Assembly: GCA_963676835.2 (NCBI GenBank)
Contig: CAXXFF010000002.1
Location: 1,184,001 to 1,248,000, forward strand
DNA from: Marispirochaeta sp.
GTDB lineage: Bacteria > Spirochaetota > Spirochaetia > JC444 > Marispirochaetaceae
Direction of reading: 5' to 3'
DNA length: 64,000 nt
Position 1 is the first letter of the stretch; the number at the start of each line of letters is the position of its first letter. This document shows, piece after piece, positions 19,264 to 26,849 of this stretch. Below the pieces are notes generated by a model, which ran no database searches, was not told where the DNA came from, and worked only from the letters and a program-made list of their open reading frames with translations. Made by a program: the position numbers and the translations under genes.

Positions 19264-19626
19264 ATGAAGATCGAGATTTCTGTCGGCGGTTATGAGTTGG
19301 AAGGTGAGCTTTTTGATACAGAGCTCGGGCGCGAGATTGCAGAGATGCTTCCCCTTGAGGGGTATGCATCGGCATGGGGCGATGAACTCTATTTTTCCAT
19401 GGATATTTCCTACGATCCACTGGAAGGTACCGCAGATATGGAAATAGGCGATCTTGCATACTGGCCTCCGGGAAATGCTTTCTGTATTTTCTACGGACCC
19501 ACCCCCGCAAGTACCGGTTCCAAGCCCCGGATGGCCTCTGAAGGCGAGGTTTTCGGGCGGATTACCGATGATGCCACCATTCTGGAAGGCAGCGGGGGAG
19601 GGAAGGTCGAGGTCCGGGCTATATAG
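19264..19626 (+). CDS. Cyclophilin-like fold protein (TM1367/DUF369 type)
   Basis: WGDELYF and GDLAYWPPGNAFCIFYGPTP. Confidence 0.9.
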   Translation: MKIEISVGGYELEGELFDTELGREIAEMLPLEGYASAWGDELYFSMDISYDPLEGTADMEIGDLAYWPPGNAFCIFYGPTPASTGSKPRMASEGEVFGRITDDATILEGSGGGKVEVRAI

Positions 19627-20296
19627 CCGGGACCTCTTCCACCAGACTGGTGGTTACTTCCGGCGCTCCGGGGCCGCCCATGGGTCCTTCATAGCGGAGA
19701 AAGCGGCCGTCACTGATTCGGTACCAGAGTTCCGCCTTCCACATGAAAGCAGGTACATTCTTTACGGTCAGCCGTACCCGGACTGTCTCTTCAGATCTCC
19801 CGTTTATAAGTAAGGTTTCCTCTTCCTGCCGGGTCAGTACCCAGTTTGAAAGCTCCATGGTGTCAGGGCGGAGCATAACAAAAGCTTCTTTTTTCGCCCC
19901 CGAGAGGACAAAGCAGCTGTATTGATGGTTCATGGTCTGATACCATTTCTGTCCCGGTTCCAGCTCAACCCTCGTGTCGATCCGGTTTTCTCCGATGTTT
20001 CCTTCAACATGGATCACCTGCCCGCTTCGTCTGGCAGTCAGGCTGCTGTTTTCCTTCAAGTCCTGCAGCTGCCATTCCCTGGTATTCATCCGACTGTCGC
20101 AGACAAGGCGGGTAACTCTGCTTTCAGTTTCAAGGGAAAGAACAGTTTGAGATTGCCCCTGTTCAATGGACCAGATTATATTCTCCGTTTCTTCCGCTCC
20201 TTTCACGGAATACTCCAGGCGGGTCTCGGCAGAAACAGTGCCGAGCAAGACGCATAAGATGCTTGCTGTAATCAACATTATAACGACTCTTTTCAT
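19619..20296 (-). CDS. Exported beta-rich hypothetical protein
   Basis: Signal peptide MKRVVIML.. after AGGAG SD. Confidence 0.7.
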   Translation of the reverse strand: MKRVVIMLITASILCVLLGTVSAETRLEYSVKGAEETENIIWSIEQGQSQTVLSLETESRVTRLVCDSRMNTREWQLQDLKENSSLTARRSGQVIHVEGNIGENRIDTRVELEPGQKWYQTMNHQYSCFVLSGAKKEAFVMLRPDTMELSNWVLTRQEEETLLINGRSEETVRVRLTVKNVPAFMWKAELWYRISDGRFLRYEGPMGGPGAPEVTTSLVEEVPAI

Positions 20297-20384
20297 ATCC
20301 AACTCCTGTCTCTTTAACTGATGATATGCATGGAACTGTTACCGGATAATTAATAAAAATGATTTTTACAGTATACTTATCCGT

Positions 20385-20954
20385 ATGCAGGCAAAAACAG
20401 CCCTTCGGCGGAAAATGAAGCAGGTGCTTAAGGATCTTTCCGAAAACGAAAGACATATACAGGAGTCTGAGGTTCTGGAAATGGTCGCAGCCGGTACAGA
20501 ATGGGCTTTTTCTGAATGGATCTTCGGCTACCTGTCTATGAATGGTGAGTTTAATCTGGACGCTCTCTTGGACAGGGCTGTCAACGAAGGGAAAAAGATC
20601 GCCCTTCCCCGGGTAGATGGCAGTGAATTGAGATTTATTCAGGTACAGGATATGCATACCGCCTGGGAGATTCACCCCTACGGTATGAGAGAGCCCCGGG
20701 ATGAGGGTTTATATGTCGATCCGGCACTTTGTGCGGAAGATGGTCTTCTAATGCTTGTTCCCGGCCTCTGCTTTGACCTCGAGGGCTATCGCCTTGGGTA
20801 TGGTGGCGGTTTTTATGATCGCCTGTTGTCCGGGCTCCGCCCCTATAGTCGGGTAAAGAGCGCTGCCTGTTTTTTCCGGCAGCAACTGGTGGATGCAGTT
20901 CCACGGGAAGCTCACGACCGCCGGCTGGACAGGCTGTTCTTTACGGCAAAATAA
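20385..20954 (+). CDS. 5-formyltetrahydrofolate cyclo-ligase
   Basis: KTALR, VPGLCFD..GYRLGYGGGFYDR, HD. Confidence 0.95.
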   Translation: MQAKTALRRKMKQVLKDLSENERHIQESEVLEMVAAGTEWAFSEWIFGYLSMNGEFNLDALLDRAVNEGKKIALPRVDGSELRFIQVQDMHTAWEIHPYGMREPRDEGLYVDPALCAEDGLLMLVPGLCFDLEGYRLGYGGGFYDRLLSGLRPYSRVKSAACFFRQQLVDAVPREAHDRRLDRLFFTAK

Positions 20955-20990
20955 AAGCCGCTCAACCCGTTATCCAGGGAGCGGCCTTGT
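20955..20990. terminator. Probable terminator between convergent genes
   Basis: GCCGCTC...GAGCGGC stem with A-rich left and T-rich right flanks. Confidence 0.5.
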
Positions 20991-21100
20991 TTCTTTTGCT
21001 GTTTCTTGACGAAAGTCAATATACTGTTAAATGTATATGAGAAATTTAATATTGTCAACTATAATACGAGAAAATAGAGATTTTATCGTAAATGGAATAA

Positions 21101-23206
21101 TCAGCTTGTTTCCCTGACTGATTCTGTAGATTCTGAAAGAAGCAGCACCATGGAATGAGCCCTCACGGGGTATGTATTCTGATTATCAAGTTCCGCTGCA
21201 CTTCCCATCTCGATAATATCCGGAACAGCAGCGGTATCAATCTTTCTCTGCCATATTTTACCCGATGGAGGTTCGGGAATGGTAAAAACCGTATCCTCTG
21301 CTTCGGCATTAAACATCAGAAAGAAATCGTTATCGTCCCTGTCTGCCTTAATTTCCGCCTTGCTTCCGTCAATTAATACAGATAGAAGATTGTCCCTGCA
21401 TGACCAGTCGAAGGGACGGCACTTTTCATTCAGCCAGGTAATGTCCGGAAGACCGTTAAGGCTGATATCCTGCCCGGAGAAGAACTCTGAACGCTTAAAG
21501 GCCGGATGTCTGCGGCGGAACTTAATCAGCTCCGTACAAAAGCGGTAGATATCACCGTGTGTTTTCGTCAGATTCCAGTCGAACCAGGATATCTCGTTAT
21601 CCTGACAATAGGCGTTGTTATTTCCCCGCTGGCTGCGACGGAATTCATCACCCCCCAGAAGCATCGGTGTTCCAGTGGATAAGAGCAGTGATGCCAGCAG
21701 GTTTTTAACCTGACGGTTTCGCACTTTTTCCACTTCAGGGTTATCGCTTAATCCCTCGGCTCCGCAGTTGAAAGAGAGGTTGGAGTCATTCCCGTCCCGG
21801 TTCTCTTCCCCATTCATGAGATTGTTCTTGCGTGTGTAGCTGACCATGTCATTAAGGGTAAAGCCGTCATGGGAGGTGATAAAGTTGATACTGTGGAAGG
21901 GTTTACGCCCGTCGGAGAGGTACAGGTCGGAACTGCCGGAAAAACGCATGGCAAGAGAGGCTGTTTTTCCCGGCACGTTCCCCCAGAACTCACGGAGATC
22001 ATCTCTGTAGCGGTCATTCCATTCTGCCCAGCGGCCGCCGGGAAAACTTCCCACCTGATAGGCTCCGGCAGCATCCCAGGCTTCTGCTATTACCTTGGTG
22101 TCTCTGAGTATGGGATCTTCCGCAATCCGTTCTATGATCGGGGGATTTTCCAGCAGTCGTCCGGTCTGGTCCCGTCCGAGGATTGAACCGAGGTCGAAGC
22201 GGAAACCGTCAACGTGCATCTCCATTACCCAATAGTGAAGACAGTCAAGAATAAGGGTTCGGAGAATAGGGTGGTTGCAGTTCATGGTATTGCCGCATCC
22301 GGAGAAGTTCTTGTATCCCCTGCGGGATTCGTCCAGAATGTAGTAAATACTGTTGTCCAGTCCCCGGAAGCTGAAGGTCGGACCTTCTTCGTTTCCTTCC
22401 GCAGTGTGATTAAAAACTATATCCAGGATAACTTCGATTCCTGCAGCATGAAGTTCCCTGACCATCTCTTTGAACTCATTAACCTGGGCGCCCCGGCTGC
22501 TGTCGTGGGCGAAGACTGCTGCGGGGGAGAAGAAATTTACCGTGCTGTATCCCCAGTAGTTCCGCAGTTCTTCCCCGGTTTCCGGATTGGTTCTGGAAAA
22601 CTCATAGGGGTTAAACTCCTGCACCGGAAGAAACTCAAGGCTGGTTATGCCCAGCTCCTTGAAGTAGGGAATCTTTTCTATTACCCCCCGGTAGGTGCCC
22701 GGAGCTTCAACCGATGCGGAACTATCTTTTGTCAGGCCAGCCAGATGAGTTTCATAAATTATACAGTCCCGCAGGGGGTAGTTAAGAGGTGTGTCACCCT
22801 TCCAGTCAAAGTCATCGTTAACAACCACGCATTTCGGCATTTTGTCGGGATCCCAGCCAGTCCATGGGCCCTGGGAGCTGAGAGCTTTTGCGTAGGGATC
22901 GATGATGCGGGTATCCGAAGAAAAACGGTGTCCTTTCTCAGGATCAAAAGGGCCGTCAACCTGGTAGAGATAAAGCTGTCCTTCTGCTATGCCGGGTATA
23001 TGGATATGCCATATATCACCGGTGCGGTTCTGGCTTCTGTCCAGGGTGTATCGTGCTGAAGGAGCCTTGTCTTCAGGCTGATCAAATAGCAGCAGTGTTA
23101 CGGCATCGGCATGGCGGGAGAACAGATTAAACTGGGTCCCGCAGTTTGTAATATTTGCTCCCAGGGGAAGCGGATGTCCTGCCTCGGAACAGAGTGGGTG
23201 CTGCAT
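21101..23206 (-). CDS. glgX: Glycogen debranching enzyme (GH13)
   Basis: NYWGY, DIVFNHTAEG, VDGFRFDL, AEAWD, NFITSHDGFTL, NNAYCQDN. Confidence 0.95.
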   Translation of the reverse strand: MQHPLCSEAGHPLPLGANITNCGTQFNLFSRHADAVTLLLFDQPEDKAPSARYTLDRSQNRTGDIWHIHIPGIAEGQLYLYQVDGPFDPEKGHRFSSDTRIIDPYAKALSSQGPWTGWDPDKMPKCVVVNDDFDWKGDTPLNYPLRDCIIYETHLAGLTKDSSASVEAPGTYRGVIEKIPYFKELGITSLEFLPVQEFNPYEFSRTNPETGEELRNYWGYSTVNFFSPAAVFAHDSSRGAQVNEFKEMVRELHAAGIEVILDIVFNHTAEGNEEGPTFSFRGLDNSIYYILDESRRGYKNFSGCGNTMNCNHPILRTLILDCLHYWVMEMHVDGFRFDLGSILGRDQTGRLLENPPIIERIAEDPILRDTKVIAEAWDAAGAYQVGSFPGGRWAEWNDRYRDDLREFWGNVPGKTASLAMRFSGSSDLYLSDGRKPFHSINFITSHDGFTLNDMVSYTRKNNLMNGEENRDGNDSNLSFNCGAEGLSDNPEVEKVRNRQVKNLLASLLLSTGTPMLLGGDEFRRSQRGNNNAYCQDNEISWFDWNLTKTHGDIYRFCTELIKFRRRHPAFKRSEFFSGQDISLNGLPDITWLNEKCRPFDWSCRDNLLSVLIDGSKAEIKADRDDNDFFLMFNAEAEDTVFTIPEPPSGKIWQRKIDTAAVPDIIEMGSAAELDNQNTYPVRAHSMVLLLSESTESVRETS

Positions 23207-23358
23207 AAATGTTCATTACCTCGATACACAGTATACACCTTTATATAAGGAAAAATGGAGAAAATTGTTTCTGTGTTATTGCCTACACCATAGCTTAAGT
23301 ATACATTTCCGACAAGAAGTCTCAGGTTAAAAATATGTCAGTGTTTATCAACAACGGT

Positions 23359-23388
23359 TTGACAATACCGCTTCTCCGGTTTTACCAT
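23359..23388 (+). promoter_or_regulatory. Sigma70-type promoter for luxR-type gene
   Basis: TTGACA-18nt-TACCAT, ending 5 nt before ATG 23394. Confidence 0.5.
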
Positions 23389-23393
23389 TGCAT

Positions 23394-24098
23394 ATGGCAA
23401 CCGCACATCTGCTTGATCTGGATCGAAAACGACTGATCAAGCATCACCAGATTTACATCCTCGGCAGTATAACCATTCAAAATCAATTAATGCGGGATCT
23501 GTTTCAGTATGAAATGCAGCTGTATCCGGGACTCAGTCCGGATATCAAGGCTTTTCCAGTCTCCTCCAATCTTAATGGAGGGCGCAGAATCCTCATGATT
23601 GACTGCCTTGAGCGTGATACCGATGCCTTTCTGTCCAGCCGGGAACTTTCTGACTGGATCCTTCCCAGGTTTCAGCTCGTCGCCTTCTATAATCTGAATC
23701 CGCGTTGGGGCCGTGAAAGGGAGAGTATCAACCTGGGGGTAAAAGGGTTTTTTTACCGTACCGATACTGTAGAGGTTCTGGCTGAAGGCATTTTTACCCT
23801 GTACACCGAAGGACTCTGGATTCCCCGGGGAGGTCTTTTTGAACCTCTGGAGGATGAAGAGGATGAGGATTCACTCCCGGTTGATGGTGGTATGGATATA
23901 TCTGATTTCTTTCTCACCAGGCGGGAGATTCAAATTCTCAAGAATCTTGGCGCCGGCCTGCGAAACCGGAATATTGCAGAAAACCTGGGAATCGAAGAAG
24001 CCACGGTAAAAACTCATATCTACAACGTCTACCGGAAAATCGGAGTCAAAAGGCGGGCAGAGGCTGTTTTATGGGCTGTGAAACATCTGCATATATAA
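23394..24098 (+). CDS. LuxR-family regulator with degenerate receiver-like N-terminus (CsgD/VpsT-like)
   Basis: LTRREIQIL..G.RNRNIAENLGIEEATVKTHIYNVYRKIGV; GVKGFFY. Confidence 0.85.
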   Translation: MATAHLLDLDRKRLIKHHQIYILGSITIQNQLMRDLFQYEMQLYPGLSPDIKAFPVSSNLNGGRRILMIDCLERDTDAFLSSRELSDWILPRFQLVAFYNLNPRWGRERESINLGVKGFFYRTDTVEVLAEGIFTLYTEGLWIPRGGLFEPLEDEEDEDSLPVDGGMDISDFFLTRREIQILKNLGAGLRNRNIAENLGIEEATVKTHIYNVYRKIGVKRRAEAVLWAVKHLHI

Positions 24099-24534
24099 AA
24101 GGCCGTAAAATTTATGGAAAATTTAATAGCTCCAATAACGCTAAAAGATATTTATAGTGGCTTTAATGTATGAAAAAATATACATAATTACGCATAAAGT
24201 TGTAGAAAAAAAAGTAATAATTCAGCAAAAAGTCGTATATGTGTATCAATAGAAACATGGTATTTTTTGACCGTACAGAAATAGTACATCTGTTCATTGA
24301 CAAGTTAATCCAGCGGACAGGCTTTTACAGGCAGGTTTACAGCTGGTTTGTGTGAATTTTAGTAACACAGTGCTATTATTTAAAATAGCAGACAAATTAA
24401 GGTGAAATTATAAAATTAATATAAATAAGAGCATGTAATATTAAAAGTGTCATAAAAGTGTGGAATTGAATAAGTACTGTGAATTATCAAGTGTTTAGAA
24501 ATGATAAGTATTTTTGAGTAATAAAAGAGTAAAT

Positions 24535-24570
24535 AAAAAAGAATAAAGAATTAAAGAATAAAGAAATAAG
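24535..24570 (+). repeat. Imperfect AAAGAAT tandem repeat in A-rich tract
   Basis: aaagaataaagaattaaagaataaagaaataag. Confidence 0.6.
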
Positions 24571-24690
24571 TTAAATAAAGAAGAAAAAGTTTTTAGATAA
24601 CAAAAAGATCTAAGAAAAAAAATGAAGAAAAAAAGGTGTATTGAGAAAATTTCTGTAAAGTAAAAAGGTAAAAAATGCTGTTTCTTGTTG

Positions 24691-24724
24691 AAAGGCTCCC
24701 CTGTTGCAGGGGGGTCTTTTTTTT
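24691..24724 (+). terminator. Strong intrinsic terminator, + orientation
   Basis: AAAGGCTCCCCTG-ttg-CAGGGGGGTC followed by 8 T. Confidence 0.85.
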
Positions 24725-24753
24725 ATCCTTTTGGATAATGTTATTGGTGTTGG

Positions 24754-25566
24754 TTAGCTTGAAGCAGTTTTACGGAAGTTGCTGGGGCTCATTCCAACAG
24801 TTTTGCGGAACTGTTTGTTGAAATACTGAGGATCGCCCATACCTATTTCATCCCCGATGCTGCTCACCGGGAGGTTTGTTCTTGAGAGAAGTTCTTTTGC
24901 CTGTTCTATACGCCGCTGGTGCATATACTGGTTGATGGTGACACCGAAGCGCTGACGGAACAAGGTAGATAAATAGGTTTGGCTTACGCCCGCCTCTTCG
25001 GCTATCTGGGGAATTGATACCTTGTCTCCCAGTGAGGATTCCAGTCTTTCCAGCATCCCGTGGAGGACAATATCAGATTTATGCATTTCCCCCCTGGTCA
25101 TCCGTGCCATACGCATAAGAAATGAGTAGAACCGGGCGGAGGCGATCTGCTTATTCAACATTTTTTCTTCGGGATCCGAGGCTGGAGCATTGAAGCCGGC
25201 GGCTATCCGTCCGCATTCTTGGAGAATGGGATGATGCAGCCCTTTCATGGATGCAAGGAAAGGCAGTTCAAAACTGCCTGCGCCATTCACCTCGGGCAAA
25301 AGAAATCTGAAAGCCCACTGATGCCCCTTGGAACTTCCTCTGAAGCGTATATCCGGTTGTGCCGGCAGACAGGTAATATCCCCCGGGGAAACTTCATATT
25401 CACAGGAATTCAATAACAGTTCTCCAGAGTCGATATGGACATATAGACAGTATAGATTTTCAGGGCCACGGGGCAAGGAGGTTTCCATGGTATCCACCGG
25501 CTGAAACCCGGCATATACAATTTCCGGAAGACCTTTATAGGGAACTCTTATGTTTTTAATACACAT
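24754..25566 (-). CDS. AraC family regulator
   Basis: IAEEAGVSQTYLSTLF and DPQYFNKQFRKTVGMSPSNFR. Confidence 0.95.
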   Translation of the reverse strand: MCIKNIRVPYKGLPEIVYAGFQPVDTMETSLPRGPENLYCLYVHIDSGELLLNSCEYEVSPGDITCLPAQPDIRFRGSSKGHQWAFRFLLPEVNGAGSFELPFLASMKGLHHPILQECGRIAAGFNAPASDPEEKMLNKQIASARFYSFLMRMARMTRGEMHKSDIVLHGMLERLESSLGDKVSIPQIAEEAGVSQTYLSTLFRQRFGVTINQYMHQRRIEQAKELLSRTNLPVSSIGDEIGMGDPQYFNKQFRKTVGMSPSNFRKTASS

Positions 25567-25618
25567 ACATTTTCTTACCTTGTTTATATATTCAATGTAT
25601 CAAATCCGGGTAAAATTG

Positions 25619-26839
25619 TCAGCAAAATTTTGGAAAGAACCCTTTTTTCTGCAGGTTCCTGCGGAAAATCTCCAGGTTTTCCCGACGAACCAGGATTTTC
25701 ATCCCTTCTACCTTTAGAAAAAGATTCTCAAATTCCGGGCTTCCTGTGAGTATCCCAGTCAGAGTCTGGTCTTCCGGCAGGTCAATCAAAGCCCATTCCG
25801 AATCAACCGGCAGCTGCAGTACCCTGTATCTCAGCCGGGTAAAGAATTCTTCCCAGGAAGGCGGTAGTCCATCAATGGCGGCTGCCTTGAGATCGTCGAT
25901 AAGCTGCTCAAGTTCCTCATGGGACCCGCACAGGGTGGCAATTTTACCAGCGGAGATATGAAACTGGCCCGGTGCTATCTCATCGCCGCATTTTTCCAGA
26001 AGACTCCTGCACCGGGGCGAATCACGCTTCAGCAGGGCAAACAATCCCTCATCGGAGAATCCTGCACAGCCTGTTGACTTCCATTGCGGTGCGTTCCGGC
26101 TTATACCAAATACATATTTTCCCCAGGGAGTCAGCCGGATATGGCTGATCCCCTCCCATGGACTGAAATTTTCAAGCCAGGGGTGGTATCTGACTTCCGC
26201 CAGCCCGAGTACGATTACTGCTGCAAGATAATTTACAATCAGGGGCTCTATACAGGCCTGCCTCTGCAGTAGAGGGCTTTCCAGGTAGCGCTGTTCATCC
26301 CGGGTCCCGCTGTCGCCTAAAAAGTTACGGTATTCACCACGGGTTTCATAGTAGATGTAATCTGCGCTGTAGTCCGGATCCAGGCAGCCTGCCACCTCTG
26401 GAAGCCGGGAGCCTTCCATTATGAGCTCCTCTGTACTGAGCCACTTCTCTCCCTGCTGCTGTTGAAGGAAAAGATAGAGGTCGGCCATGGCTGCGGTAAA
26501 ATCGGGTATTTTTACCTTGCTGTGTTGTCCATGCTGTCTGAAATAAAGGTGAGGAAGCAGCAGTTCCCTGTTTTTTCCGCTGTTTCCGGCAAGAAACTCA
26601 TGAATTTCTTCTGCTGCATCTTCAGCACTGATTCTTGTTTCGGATGCCTTTTTGTGTTCTGAAAACAGATGTAGATAGATCTGCCCGGGCCAGTTCTGCC
26701 AGACAGGGTCGTCGGGGAAATCTTCCGGGAGCTGTACCTCCGGGAGACTGCCGTGGGCTGCGGTTTCTGCATATTCGATGAAGAGGTTTTCGTTGTTGAG
26801 GATTCCGCTTTTCCCTTCGGAGGCCTGTTTTTTCAGCAT
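25619..26839 (-). CDS. SNF2-associated hypothetical protein (helicase-associated-domain-like C-terminus)
   Basis: Co-oriented 10 nt downstream of SNF2 gene; LGL..RLTPWG wHTH-like segment. Confidence 0.6.
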   Translation of the reverse strand: MLKKQASEGKSGILNNENLFIEYAETAAHGSLPEVQLPEDFPDDPVWQNWPGQIYLHLFSEHKKASETRISAEDAAEEIHEFLAGNSGKNRELLLPHLYFRQHGQHSKVKIPDFTAAMADLYLFLQQQQGEKWLSTEELIMEGSRLPEVAGCLDPDYSADYIYYETRGEYRNFLGDSGTRDEQRYLESPLLQRQACIEPLIVNYLAAVIVLGLAEVRYHPWLENFSPWEGISHIRLTPWGKYVFGISRNAPQWKSTGCAGFSDEGLFALLKRDSPRCRSLLEKCGDEIAPGQFHISAGKIATLCGSHEELEQLIDDLKAAAIDGLPPSWEEFFTRLRYRVLQLPVDSEWALIDLPEDQTLTGILTGSPEFENLFLKVEGMKILVRRENLEIFRRNLQKKGFFPKFC

Positions 26840-26849
26840 TTGAACAAGT

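Noticed and set aside
20303..20384. 6S RNA upstream of the 5-formyl-THF cyclo-ligase gene
   Set aside because: Only about 80 bp of divergent promoter DNA, too short for 6S RNA
24340..24500. Possible replication origin (AT-rich, TGTGAATTA/TGTGGAATT)
   Set aside because: Only mismatched DnaA-box-like words, no perfect TTATCCACA, and no dnaA/dnaN/gidA context
24622..24663. Mini-ORF MKKKRCIEKISVK before the terminator
   Set aside because: 13 codons, no SD, expected by chance in A-rich DNA; not excluded without ribosome profiling
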